A DNA stretch of 64,000 nt, from positions 102,362,001 through 102,426,000 of the forward strand of contig NC_043003.1 in NCBI RefSeq assembly GCF_006345805.1, written 5' to 3'. Numbering within the stretch: position 1 is the first letter of the stretch; each line of letters opens with the position of its first letter. The stretch comes from Octopus sinensis. Lineage: Eukaryota. A program made the translations under genes and the position numbers. The notes beneath the pieces were generated by a model. It saw nothing but the letters and a program-made list of their open reading frames with translations, made no database searches and had not been told where the DNA came from. Positions 52,428 through 64,000 of this stretch are shown one piece after another.

Positions 52428-53523
52428 TACTGTCTCCTTGCCATAACTCCATGTGCTAGTTGTAAATGAATGTCACCATAATGCAAGTGGTTTCCTTCAT
52501 CTGTAATCTTCTGTGCAAACAATGTTTGACCAAGAGGATAACCTTATTTAGCAACAGGTGTGGGTTGGTGACAGGAAGGGCATCTGGCTGTAAGAAATTT
52601 GCCTCAACAAATTCCATCTGACCCATGCAGGCACGGAAAAGTAGACATGAAACAATGATGATATCGTTATTGTATTAACATTGACTTTTCCATACTTGCG
52701 TGGGTCAGACAGAGCTTATTGAAGCAGACTGTAAATGGCTGGATCCTCTTCCTGTAGCCAACTCTTACCTGTCTCCAAGCAATATTTCCATATATACCTA
52801 CATACCTGATATACGATAATACATTCAGATACAAACACAAAAATCCATCTCCCTGGTCCATCTCCCCAATTAAAAATCACTGTAAAAGCCTCTACATAAT
52901 CTTTTGACCTCCTAGAAGTAGCAGCTAAATATTTTCCTCAAATCACTGACAAACCTCTTAAAAACAGAAGGACACATTAAGACAATGTAGACCCTGGTAT
53001 ATAAAAGATGAGATGGTCATGGCTTGAATACTTTTGATCACAGATTAGTTCCATTTGAACTGACCTGGAGCTAAACAACAGCAACGATGGAAACAGCTCT
53101 ACCTTGCTTAATGTATATAGAAGTTTCATGTAGATTTTTGATCTGTTGAATTGCATTAGAAACTTCTCTTAATAAACTTAATAAACTTGCAATGAAATAT
53201 ATATGACGATTGTCAAAGAGATTCCATTTGGCCCTATTTTAAAGATATTTGACAGTTATATTGAACTTTATATAAATTTATAGTAACTTTATATACATTT
53301 ATTGCCTGTGTGGAAGGCAACAAAGTTGACTGCCTACTCTGAGTTTCACACTTAACTGGGCAGTTAATGATTGTCATGAACAGCCCAACTATGGATGAAA
53401 CTTAGAGTAGGCTGTCAACTTTGATATAATAAATATATTTCAATCCACTCTACCCAGGATATTGAGTTTAATATCAGATAATGATTGCTCGATGTAAAAT
53501 ATATCAGTGATACATACATACAT

Positions 53524-53567
<44 letters not shown>

Positions 53568-53820
53568 GTACACACACACCCATACATACATACATACATA
53601 CATACATACATACATACATACATCTTCATACAAAGAGATCTTTGACACTACTGCCATGTACTACCACCAACTGCCAGCAGCTTCAAGGATAGTATTAGTT
53701 ACATGCCAGACCCTAGCACCCCTGGAAGTACTGTGGTTCACACCACCATCCTCTTTAAATCTTGGGTAAGATCTTCCTTAGTTTAATTGATGGACACTTT
53801 CACCATACCAATAGATTAAA

Positions 53821-54213
53821 CAAAATCAAAATCGATCAACATCAATGGAAATTGTAGCTGTGATACCAGTGCCGGTGGCACATAAGAGAATCATCCGAAA
53901 GTGGCCATTGCCAGCGCCGTCCCGACATTCGATTGTGGCTGTTGCCAGCCTCACCTGGCCTCTGTGCCGGTGGCATGTAAAAGGCACCATCCGATTGTGG
54001 CCGTTTGCCAGCCTTGTCTGGCACCTGTGCCGGTGGCACGTAAAAAGCACCCACTACACTCATGGAGTGGTTGGCGTTAGGAAGGGCATCCAGCCGTAGA
54101 AACATTGCCAGATCAGACTGGGTCTGGTGCAGCCTTCTGGCTTACCAGACCCCAGTTGCACCGTCCAACCAATGCCAACATGGAAAGCGGACGCTAAACG
54201 ACGACGATGATGA
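53821..54213 (+). mobile_element. SINE-like family B copy
   Basis: caaaatcaaaatcg start, tandem units and an aaacgacgacgatgatg tail. Confidence 0.8.
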
Positions 54214-54269
54214 TTCTGAAATTATCCTTTAGCTGTGTACCTAGAGTAAAAAAGATTTTAGTAGGTAGG

Positions 54270-55420
54270 CCCGGACCCGAGACTGAGGCAGAATGCTCAT
54301 GTAGGGGTAAAGCAACTAAATGGCCAATGCAATAAAGAAACAGTTGTTTACAAGGCAGAAATAGCAGCAACAGGACCAAATGGAGAACTGAGTGTGCAGA
54401 AATATGTAGGGGCAATGGAAGGCCCCTTCAGAATCTGCTTTAATAACCACAAGTCCTCATTCAACATCCCAGAAAGACATAATGCCACAACCCTAGCCAG
54501 CAGTGTCTGGACTTTGAAAGAAAGCACCATGGAGTATAGCATAAAGTGGAGAATTCTAGAAAGATGCAAGCCATAGCAGCAGGAAGTCCAGATTATGCCT
54601 GGCTGAGAAGAGAGCAATTTTAAAAAGTACCCAATGCCCGGATGTTTACCTGAATAGCAGGAGTGAGGTGTTTAATCCTTGTCTACAAGAAACAAAATTA
54701 CATTCTATCATACCTGCATGACTGACTACAACTGCAACAGCAGGTCCCCTGCTTCAACCTTCCACAAACGACCTTCCACCAATGCCCTTGACCAAGACAC
54801 ACACCAATGCACCTGTGTACTTATATGCACACCCCTATAAGGCAGCCATCCCACATATAACTATCCTCACCCTAGCACATACCCTCTCATGCAAACTGCA
54901 TCCCCACATATACACAGACACCACACACACACACACACACACGCATTATACATTATGCCCTGCACGCTAATAAAAAACCCCACAACTTTATCCTTTACAG
55001 ATAGAAAACAGACCAATGAACACAGTGCTATATACCTACACCCCCAGAAAAGATCATGACTCTGCTGCACATATCACACACCTCATCCCCACAGGGACAC
55101 CACATTAACAATACACACTTTCCCCACTTCAAGATAACTCTTGCCAGCTTCACAACTTACCCTAACAAGGTACATAACTCTTCTAGCCAAATCTCCTGGC
55201 CCATTTTTAATTTTACCACTTTTTTCGCAGCAGCTGCTGACCAGTTGTGCTAATCCACCTCTGACAATAGAGAGCACTCGCCATATTCCCTTTCATATCC
55301 GATACTTCTGGTGAGTGTAATTATATAATTGGATAGTTACATAACACTCCATTGTATTTTTGCTTGAAGTTGGTAAGACCAGCCGTGATGGATACTTAAT
55401 ACTATAAAATTTGGATAATA
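54270..55420 (+). mobile_element. 3' part of a second Naiad-type PLE (GIY-YIG fragment 54290-54710 plus 3' region)
   Basis: CSCRGK..., YVGAMEGPFRICFNNHKSSF...ATTLASSVWTLK...IKWRIL, YLNSRSE; the end is shared with 18420-18550. Confidence 0.75.
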
Positions 55421-55463
55421 TATATATATTTATATGAATATACAAACACAGACACAGGCACAG

Positions 55464-55504
<41 letters not shown>

Positions 55505-55659
55505 CACACACACACACATGCACAACCCTCTTTTACATCCAATCTCTGGATTTGTTTGAAAACTACTGGCTGGTTTAAAGTCTTGTGACAAACATCAAGG
55601 CTAAAAACAAAGGCAAACTTACATCAAGATCAGTTGGAGAATCCATCAATCCTTCATGT

Positions 55660-56792
55660 ACATATATGTGTGTATGTATGTATGTATGCATGTATGTATG
55701 TATGTATGTATGCATGTATGTATGTATGTATGTATGTATGTATGCATGTATGTATGTATGAATGTATGCATGTATGTATGTATGTATGTATGTATGTATG
55801 TATGCATGTATGTATGTATGTGTGTATGTATGTATGTATGCATGTATGTGTGTATGTATGTATGTATGTATGTATGTATGTATGTGTGTATGCATGTATG
55901 TATGTATGTATGTATGTATGTGTGTATGCATGCATGTATGTATGTATGTATGTGTGTATGCATGTATGTATGTATGTATGTATGTATGTATGTATGTGTG
56001 TGTGTATGTATGTATGTATGTATGTATGTGTGTATGCATGTATGTATGTATGTATGTATGTATGCATGTATGTATGTATGTGTGTATGCATGTATGTATG
56101 TATGTATGTATGTGTGTTTGCATGTATGTATGTATGTATGTATGCATGTGTGTATGCATGTGTGTATGCATGTGTGTATGCATGTATGCATGTATGTATG
56201 TATGTATGTATGTATGTATGTATGTATGTATGTATGTATGTATGTATGTATGTATGTATGTATGTATGTGTGTGTGTGTGTATGCATGTATGTATGTACG
56301 TATGCATGTATGTATGTATGTATGTATGTATGTGTGTATGCATGTATGTATGCATGTATGTATGTATGTATGTATGTATGTATGCATGTATGTATGTATG
56401 TGTGTATGCATGTATGTATGTACGTATGCATGTATGTATGCATGTATGTATGTATGTGTGTATGCATGTATGTATGTATGTATGTACGTATGCATGTATG
56501 TATGTATGTATGTATGTATGTGTGTATGCATGTATGTATGCATGTATGTATGTATGTATGTGTGTATGCATGTGTGTATGCATGTGTGTATGCATGTATG
56601 TATGTATGTATGTATGTATGTATGTATGTATGTATGTATGTATGTATGTGTATGTGTGTGTATGTGTGTGTGTGTATGCATGTATGTATGTACGTATGCA
56701 TGTACGTATGCATGTATGTATGTATGTATGTGTGTATGTATGTGTGTATGTATGTATGTATGTATGTATGTATGTATGTGTGTATGTATGTA
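55660..56792. repeat. ~1.1-kb compound (TATG)n/(CATG)/(TG) microsatellite
   Basis: Seen directly; it explains the long low-complexity ORFs here. Confidence 0.95.
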
Positions 56793-57448
56793 AATGTTGT
56801 TGTACATGATGTCAAGTAGATCATAAATGCATTGCAAGAAGAAAGAGAGGAACTAAAACAAACCCTGGGGCACTCAAGAGGCAACAAAGAGTGAAACAGA
56901 GAGAGAGAGAGAGAAAGCCTTGCCAGCATACACCTTGAGAGTGCAATCTGACAGGAAGTTACTGATTCAGGAGAATGTCAGGTGCAAATGAACATGCTGA
57001 TTGAGGTGTTGATTGTTACGTAAATAATATAAAATCTTTGTTTCTGCCATTTGTGAAAGTGTTGTTGCTTATTATCTAACTTAGAATTTTGTAATTTTAT
57101 TGAACATTTATTATTATTTTTTTTAATTTAATTTTCCCCAGAAACTATCTCAAATGTAATGGTTTTCCGAATAACATAGCATAACATTCCTGATGCTTTG
57201 CTAAAACCCTTTTTAAATTAATTTGACTTAAGTTAAATTGAGTTAATTATGTAACACAATTATGTAATGATACATTTGCTGATGTAATGAAACAGGCATT
57301 GAACACAAATAAAGTATAAACATGCAAACTATAAGTAAAATTTCTGCTTTTCTGCCTTTAAGCTAAGTATGTTGTTCTTAAAGATCATTTTAGCTGAATT
57401 TATTATATAAATATTTCAGCATTTCATAATATCATTGTAAATATTTCA

Positions 57449-57850
57449 GGCGCAGGAGTGGCTGTGTGGTAAGTAGCTTGCTAACCAACCACATGGTTCC
57501 GGGTTCAGTCCCACTGCGTGGCATCTTGGGCGAGTGTCTTCAGCTATAACCCCAGGCCGACCAATGCCTTGTGAGTGGATTTAGTAGACGGAAACTGAAA
57601 GAAGCCTGTCGTATATATGTATATATATGTGTGTGTGTTTGTGTGTCTGTGTTTGTCCCCCTAGCATTGCTTGACAACCGATGCTGGTGTGTTTACGTCC
57701 CCGTCACTTAGCGGTTCGGCAAAAGAGACCGATAGAATAAGTACTGGGCTTACAAAGAATAAGTCCTGGGGTCGATTTGCTCGACTAAAGGCAGTGCTCC
57801 AGCATGGCCGCAGTCAAATGACTGAAACAAGTAAAAGAGTAAAGAGAGTA
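57449..57850 (+). mobile_element. Young full-length family A SINE
   Basis: ggcgcaggagtggctgtgtggtaag ... gaaacaagtaaaagag, with CpGs retained. Confidence 0.9.
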
Positions 57851-57900
57851 ATAAAATTAAAAGAAAGACAAACTGGTTCATTGCTATCTCCCTCTCTTAC

Positions 57901-57963
57901 TCAGGCATCATACATAAAAAGAAAACAACACACTGAATGGTGTAGTCCTAGATAACTCTAGGC
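57901..57963 (-). other. Candidate 63-nt exon (probably 5'UTR) of the minus-strand host gene
   Basis: ttttcttcttgtttcag| ... |gtaaga; stops in all three frames, with ATGATGCCTGA at the 3' end. Confidence 0.35.
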
Positions 57964-58337
57964 CTGAAACAAGAAGAAAACCAGGACGAAACAGAATGAA
58001 GGCCGAAATACTTGTTCACTGAAAGCTGGCACGAAACAAAACAACAACATCAAACCTTATGCATTCACATACACGTACATGTAACATACATAAATGCACA
58101 TTGACATTTAACCAGTTCCATTCTATTGCATTAAAGCTGCAACTCAGCTCATTTCTGACCAACAAGAACTCCATTATCCAAAATGATCCCATAATCACAC
58201 AGTGACACTTTTACATGATTACAAACAAATATTATAACCACAAATATCTAATCAGAATTATGTAAGTGGACGTTGCTAATATATCTATGAACACATTTGT
58301 CATGTATTTCTCTTTCCTTTTCTGGTGAGCTGATATA

Positions 58338-58754
58338 CTCTTTCTCTTTTTTACTCTTCTACTTGTTTCAGTCATTTGACTGCGGCCATGCTGGAGCACC
58401 ACCTTTAGACGAGCAAATCGACCCCAGGACTTATTCTTTGTAAGCCCAGTACTTATTCTATCGGTCTCTTTTGCTGAACCGCTAAGTGCCGGGGACGTAA
58501 ACACACCAGCATCGGTTGTCAAGCAATGCTAGGGGGACAATCACAGACACACAAACATATACACACACATGCATATATATATGCATATATACAACGGGCT
58601 TCTTTCAGTTTCCGTCTACCAAATCTACTCACAAGGCTTTGGTTGGCCCGAGGCTATAGTAGAAGACACTTGCCCAAGATGCCACGCAGTGGGACTGAAC
58701 CCGGAACCATGTGGTTGGTAAGCAAGCTACTTACCACACAGCCACTCCTGCGCC
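58338..58754 (-). mobile_element. Young full-length family A SINE, inverted relative to the 57449 copy (partial copy at 59552-59847 minus)
   Basis: Reverse complement of family A; near-identical spurious ORFs on the two copies. Confidence 0.9.
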
Positions 58755-59623
58755 TGCGATATGTTTTTTTTTATAGATTCTGTATTTCTATTAGTTTTTG
58801 TATATGTGTGTTTGTGAGTTTGTGTTTGTCCCCCCAATATCTAATTTTATTTTCATATACTTCAGCATATGAACAGAACTGGTCAACACATTTAATGCCT
58901 AAATAATGGTTTAAGAAATATCATTTTGAGAACAGGAAAAAACCACCACATAATTTATATTTTGTTTATTAATCATTGATAAAAATATATGTTTCCTAGA
59001 TTCAGTAATCAATGGTATAATATAGTAGAATATTACTCATCATATGGTGGATAACTTTAGAACTATACTGCTACCACTGTGGGAAATATTAGGGAATATA
59101 GCATACATACAATAATCATGATTTAACTTTTGTCAAATTTTTTGGTACTTATACCAAAAAAAAAGAAATGAATACTAATTAAAAAAAATATTTATTATCT
59201 TAAAATAAAATTTAATAAAACAAATTTCTCATTTGCATATTTGGAATAAATGTATGTATTATTTTCCTAATTTTCATCAACATTATCTACTCTATCAAAA
59301 ACTTATTTCTGCAAAATTTCATTAAAAAATGTATATTTTTCAGCAAGTTATGTTATATTTCACAGCCTCTTATGTTAACTCTCTCTGTATCTCCTTTTTA
59401 CTCTCTCCCTCCCTTTTTGTATATGACAGGAGAAATCAACCAACCAACCAACCAACCAACCAGCCAACCGACAGTTATTAAATATATATGATTATTATTC
59501 TCTCTCTCTCTCTATGTGTAGCATCCTTTTAATCATTGCCTCCCATCAAGCACTCACCAGCATCGGTTGTCAAGCGATGTTGGGGTGGGGGACAAACACA
59601 GATACACAAACATATACACATAC

Positions 59624-59683
<60 letters not shown>

Positions 59684-60774
59684 ACGATGGGCTTCTTTCA
59701 GTTTTCGCCTACCAAATCCACTCACAAGACTTTGGTCGGCCTGAGGCTATAGTAGAAGACACTTGCCCATGGTGCCACGCAGTGGAACTGAACACGGAAC
59801 CATGTGGTTGGTAAGCAACCTACTTACCACACAGCCACTCCTACGCCTATACAATGGTTGTTTATATTCTAATTTAAAATTTTGCTAAAGTCAAGTTTAC
59901 CTTTCATTCTTCAAAGATTGATAAAATAAAATACCAGCCAAATGTCTTACTTTGAGTATAAGTCAGGAATTAATGGATTAGTAAAATCATTAAAGTGTGG
60001 TATTTTCTCTGACTCCTCTATATTCTGAGTTCAAATCCTATTGACATCATCTTAGCCTGTCATACTTGGCGGGGGGGGGGGCGTGAGGTGGGGAGGAAAA
60101 TAAAGTAGCTGTACCAGTCAAATATTGGTGTCTATGACATTGACTAGCTTCCCACCCCTCCCACACTCTCATTAAAAGTCCTGGCCTCGGCTTAAATAAA
60201 AAACAACTAATTTTATTATTGATAATAAGGTGGCAAACTGGCAGAATAGTTATCACACCAGGCAAAATGCTTGGTGGTGTTTCATCTGTCTTAATGTTTT
60301 GAGTTCAAAATCCACTGAGACTGGCTTTGCCTTTCATCCTTTCAGGGTTGATAAAATAAGAACCAGTTACGCACTGGGGTTGATGTAATCAAGTAAATGC
60401 CTCCCCTGTGATGGCTGACCTTGTGCCAAAAACTTGAAATCAATATTATTATTGATGATGATAAGGATCAAGAAATGTCTTTGCAGACATTTCTACATTA
60501 CTGCATGTACTTTATATGCACTTTTTTGACAAGTTGTGGTGCACCTGAGCAGTGTATACAATAATTTCATTATTATCATTATTATAATCACCACAACACC
60601 TCCCTCCCCACCACCATTATTATTGTTAATTAGACCATTGTTAATTAGACCCATTTGAAAGAGTTTTAAGTAAAGCTAACGTAACTGATTCAAGCATTGT
60701 GAGAACAGAAAGTTGCAAAGATGTCCCCCAATGCCACCTGCTGTCCACTCACCCCCTCATACCACTATCAACAT

Positions 60775-61180
60775 CACCAACACAACTTAACATACAACCA
60801 CCACCACCACCACCACCACCATCACCACCACTACAACCACAGCCACAGCCACAACCATCACCACCACAAACATTACCAGCACCATCAACCACTCCAATCA
60901 TTATCTGAGAAAGATTCCAGACAGTGATTTACTTTTTCTTTAATCCAATCTTTCTCTGCCTTCTGCTTTTGTTACCCCAACAGCTGTCTCCACTACCACC
61001 GCCACCACCACCACCACTGCCACCACCACCACCACCACCACCACCACTGCCACCACCACCACCACCACCACCACCGCCACCACCACCACCACCACCGCCA
61101 CCGCCACCGCCACCACCACCACCACCACTGCCACCACCACTGCCACCACGACCCCCCACCCCCACCCCCACCACTCCTAC
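60775..61180. repeat. (CCA)n-rich trinucleotide repeats
   Basis: Seen directly in the sequence. Confidence 0.9.
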
Positions 61181-61479
61181 CATCGTAATAAATTTAAATA
61201 AATAAGTCAATCAAGAAAAAAAGTTAAGAAAAGAGTAGAAAATATTGAAAAAATAGATCAGAAACAAAGAAAAACAAAGGAAATGAGTAACAAATCAGTC
61301 TATATAGAAGTATGTGACTGGTGGTAGAGGTAGTAGTAGTAGTAGTAGTAGGAAGGAGGCTGTAATGTATTTGTATTGATCATGGTAATGGTGGTGGGGA
61401 TTGTAAATGTGACAGCAGCATTGGGATTGAGATAAATAGTGAGTTTAATTGGTGGGGAGTGGAGGTGCAGTAGGGTGGC

Positions 61480-62045
61480 AGTGTTGTGGAGGAAGCATTG
61501 GCTTCTGTTGGTTTGTAGTGCTGTGGAGGAAGTGTTGGGTCTGTTGATGGTTTATAGCATTGTGGAGGAAGAATTGGATCTGTTGGTGGTTTGTAGTGCT
61601 TGTGGAGGAAGAATTGGATCTGTTGGTGGTTTGTAGTGCTGTGGAGGAAGAATTGGGTCTGTTGGTACTTTGTAGTGCTGTGGAGGAAGAATTGGGTCTG
61701 TTGGTGGTTTGTAGTGCTGTGGAGGAAGAATTGGGTCTGCTGGTAGTTTGTAGAGCTGTGGAGGAAGAATTGGGTCTGCTGGTAGTTTGTAGAGCTGTGG
61801 AGGAAGAATTGGATCTGTTGGTGGTTTGTAGTGATGTGGAGGAAGAATTGGGTCTGTTGGTGGTTTGTAGTGCTGTGGAGGAAGAATTGGGTCTGTTGGT
61901 GGTTTGTAGTGCTGTGAAGGAAGAATTGGGTCTGTTGGTGGTTTGTAGTGCTGTGGAGGAAGAATTGGGTCTGTTGGTACTTTGTGGTGTTAATGAAGAA
62001 TTGGATTTGTTGGTAGCTTGTAGTGTTGTGGAGGAAGCATTGGTG
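61480..62045. repeat. 39-bp minisatellite (ttggtggtttgtagtgctgtggaggaagaattgggtctg), ~14 copies
   Basis: Direct tandem units; 13-aa periodicity in the ORF track. Confidence 0.95.
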
Positions 62046-62177
62046 GGGCTCTGTTGGTGGTTTCTAGTGTTGATGTTTGGTGCTGGCAGATGGTAATAAA
62101 GTCTGTTGTAATGATGATGTTGCTGTTGGTGGTGGTGGTGGTGGTAGTAGTGGTGGTGATAGTGTTGGTATTGAAAT

Positions 62178-62210
<33 letters not shown>

Positions 62211-63121
62211 GGACAGAGAGACAGAGAAAGAGAGACTGACAGATAGATAGATAATGAGAGAGAAGAGAGAGAGAGAGAGAGAGATGGTAGCATATATAAA
62301 TGTATGTATGTATGTATGTGTGTGTAGTTGGGGAGCAGTACTTGTCAAGCCTGTTATTCTGCTACAATCGCGTTCTGTTGTTTGTGATTAACTGAAGACA
62401 TTATTGAACATTTCCAATTTAAAGTGGGTTGATGAGTGAATATGGGGGAGGGGTGAGTGATAGTGATTTTAGCAACAACAGTAATGTCAACAGTGTGTGT
62501 TACTGTTGTTATTGTTGTTGTTGCAGTGGTGGTTGTGATGGTGATGTCAGTGATGTCATTACAAGGAGAGGCTTGACAATAAAACAAGAAAATAGACAAG
62601 TAAATTTTATCTTGATGTAATCTATATTCTGTGAAGATTTTTACATAAATCTATTCCACTCCATAACCATTTACCAGCTAATTAATTTGTATATTTTGTT
62701 AATAATTTAATAAATTACTTTAGATATACAGTTGGTGATAGATTTAGTCTCTCTTATTTTGTTTTGGAATTTCATTCTGCAGTTATCAGCAAAAAAATCT
62801 GCATCATCCTCTGCCATCACCCTCTGTCATCATCATCATCGTTGTTGTCATTGTCATTGTTGTTATTGTCATCATCATCAGCAGCATCGTTTTAGTGTCT
62901 GCTATTCTATGCTCAGATGAATCAGATGGAATTTTTTGGGGCAGATGTTTTTTTTTTCTTATAACTGGATGCCCTTCCACTTGCTAACACTCACCTGTTA
63001 CCAAGCTAGGTAATATTTCCCAATGACCAGACACATTTTTTAATAGAAATTAGCAGGCAGTACTTGTACGACAAATGACTATTGTTCTGTGTCAAGACAA
63101 GAAGACATACACATACATATG

Positions 63122-63167
<46 letters not shown>

Positions 63168-63266
63168 TAAATGTGTGTGTGTATATATACATATATACTA
63201 TGATAAATGTAAAAAATTAATGTTTGTTTTAGAAGCATTGAAATGTGTATTGTGAGATACAAATGC

Positions 63267-63516
63267 GATGACAATTTATTTTCAAATGCATAAACGTTGA
63301 TAGAACCACACAGAGTGGATAAAATATCCATACAAAGCAGAAAAATTTGTCAGCAACCAGCCACGAGACTCAAACTCACATCCCTTTGATTACAGGTCAA
63401 GTGCTTTACCAATTAAGCTAAACTACCCACTGACAAATTAATCCGCTTTGTATGGATACCTGATCCACTCTTTGCTGTTCTATCAGCACTTTCGTGTTTG
63501 AAAATAAATTATCATC
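63267..63516 (-). mobile_element. tRNA-like core (63354-63429) flanked by ~87-bp inverted repeats
   Basis: Core TAGCTTAATTGG (A box)...ttga-cctgtaa-tcaa...gtgag-tttgagt-ctcgt; arms agagtggat..tatccatacaaagc..aatttgtcag / ctgacaaatt..gctttgtatggata..atccactct. Confidence 0.75.
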
Positions 63517-63679
63517 TTATATATATGTGTATGTGTGTGTGTGTGTGTGTGTGTGTTTGTGTTTGTGTGTGTGCATATGTGCATATATATATATATATAT
63601 ATATCAAAGTAAGCACACAGATGTGAAACAAGGTGCAAAAAACATTAGTACTAGAATATCGATATAGAGTAATATGCTT

Positions 63680-63766
63680 TATTATTAAAGCTGAAAAAAA
63701 TATCACAAAAGTATCAAAAAAATCTGCTACTCAGAGTTTCATGTTCCCGTTCGTTGGACAGTTTAG
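63680..63766 (-). mobile_element. Short terminus with a relic minimal hammerhead (same family as 19160-19304)
   Basis: Reverse strand ctgt-ccaacga-acgggaacat-GAAA-ctctgag-TA-gcag; the CUGA core is mutated. Confidence 0.5.
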
Positions 63767-64000
63767 ATACACATATATACACATATACATATATATAAAC
63801 ATATATACACACATATATACACATATATATGTATATATACATATAAATATACACACACACATATATACACATATCCAAAGTTAGGGAGTGGAGTAGTTAA
63901 GATCCAAACTACATATGTTTCATAGCTAGCAGAACCTTAAATGTAGTAATTATCTAAACAAGGGGTAATCCACTAGCTACTCGAATCATCTGTGAGTCAA

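Noticed and set aside
55575-56929. 300-430 aa ORFs rich in H/T/Y/I or M/Y/V/C
   Set aside because: They are translations of the (TATG)n microsatellite; the same applies to most (TA)n, (CA)n and (GATA)n ORFs in the track.
63354-63429. Functional tRNA gene
   Set aside because: B box mutated (GTTTGA), mismatched acceptor stem and no U33; treated as a repeat-borne relic.

Overview
AT-rich, microsatellite-dense animal DNA. The repeat content (tRNA/CORE SINEs, (TA)n/(CA)n/(TATG)n tracts) looks like an octopus (coleoid cephalopod) genome; this is an inference. Most ORF-track entries are microsatellite artefacts. The window appears to be mostly intronic sequence of a minus-strand gene. Small exons at 18002-18134 and 2665-2730 splice in frame to MEQTRKRKGSLIDFESGDDDDDLCSNTDDPKKYA, which resembles the N-terminal NLS region of the clock factor BMAL1/ARNTL/cycle; no bHLH exon was found in the window. 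The introns hold a near full-length CR1-group LINE, a full-length mariner, a decayed Naiad-type Penelope-like element (PLE), fragments of Tc1, Tigger, Helitron, R4/Dong and piggyBac elements, and several SINE families. The most unusual signals are four distinct families of hammerhead-ribozyme motifs, most inside inverted-repeat mini-elements, a tRNA-like cloverleaf between ~87-bp inverted repeats, and many fold-backs and templated inverted insertions. All calls were read by eye; repeat boundaries and identities are approximate.
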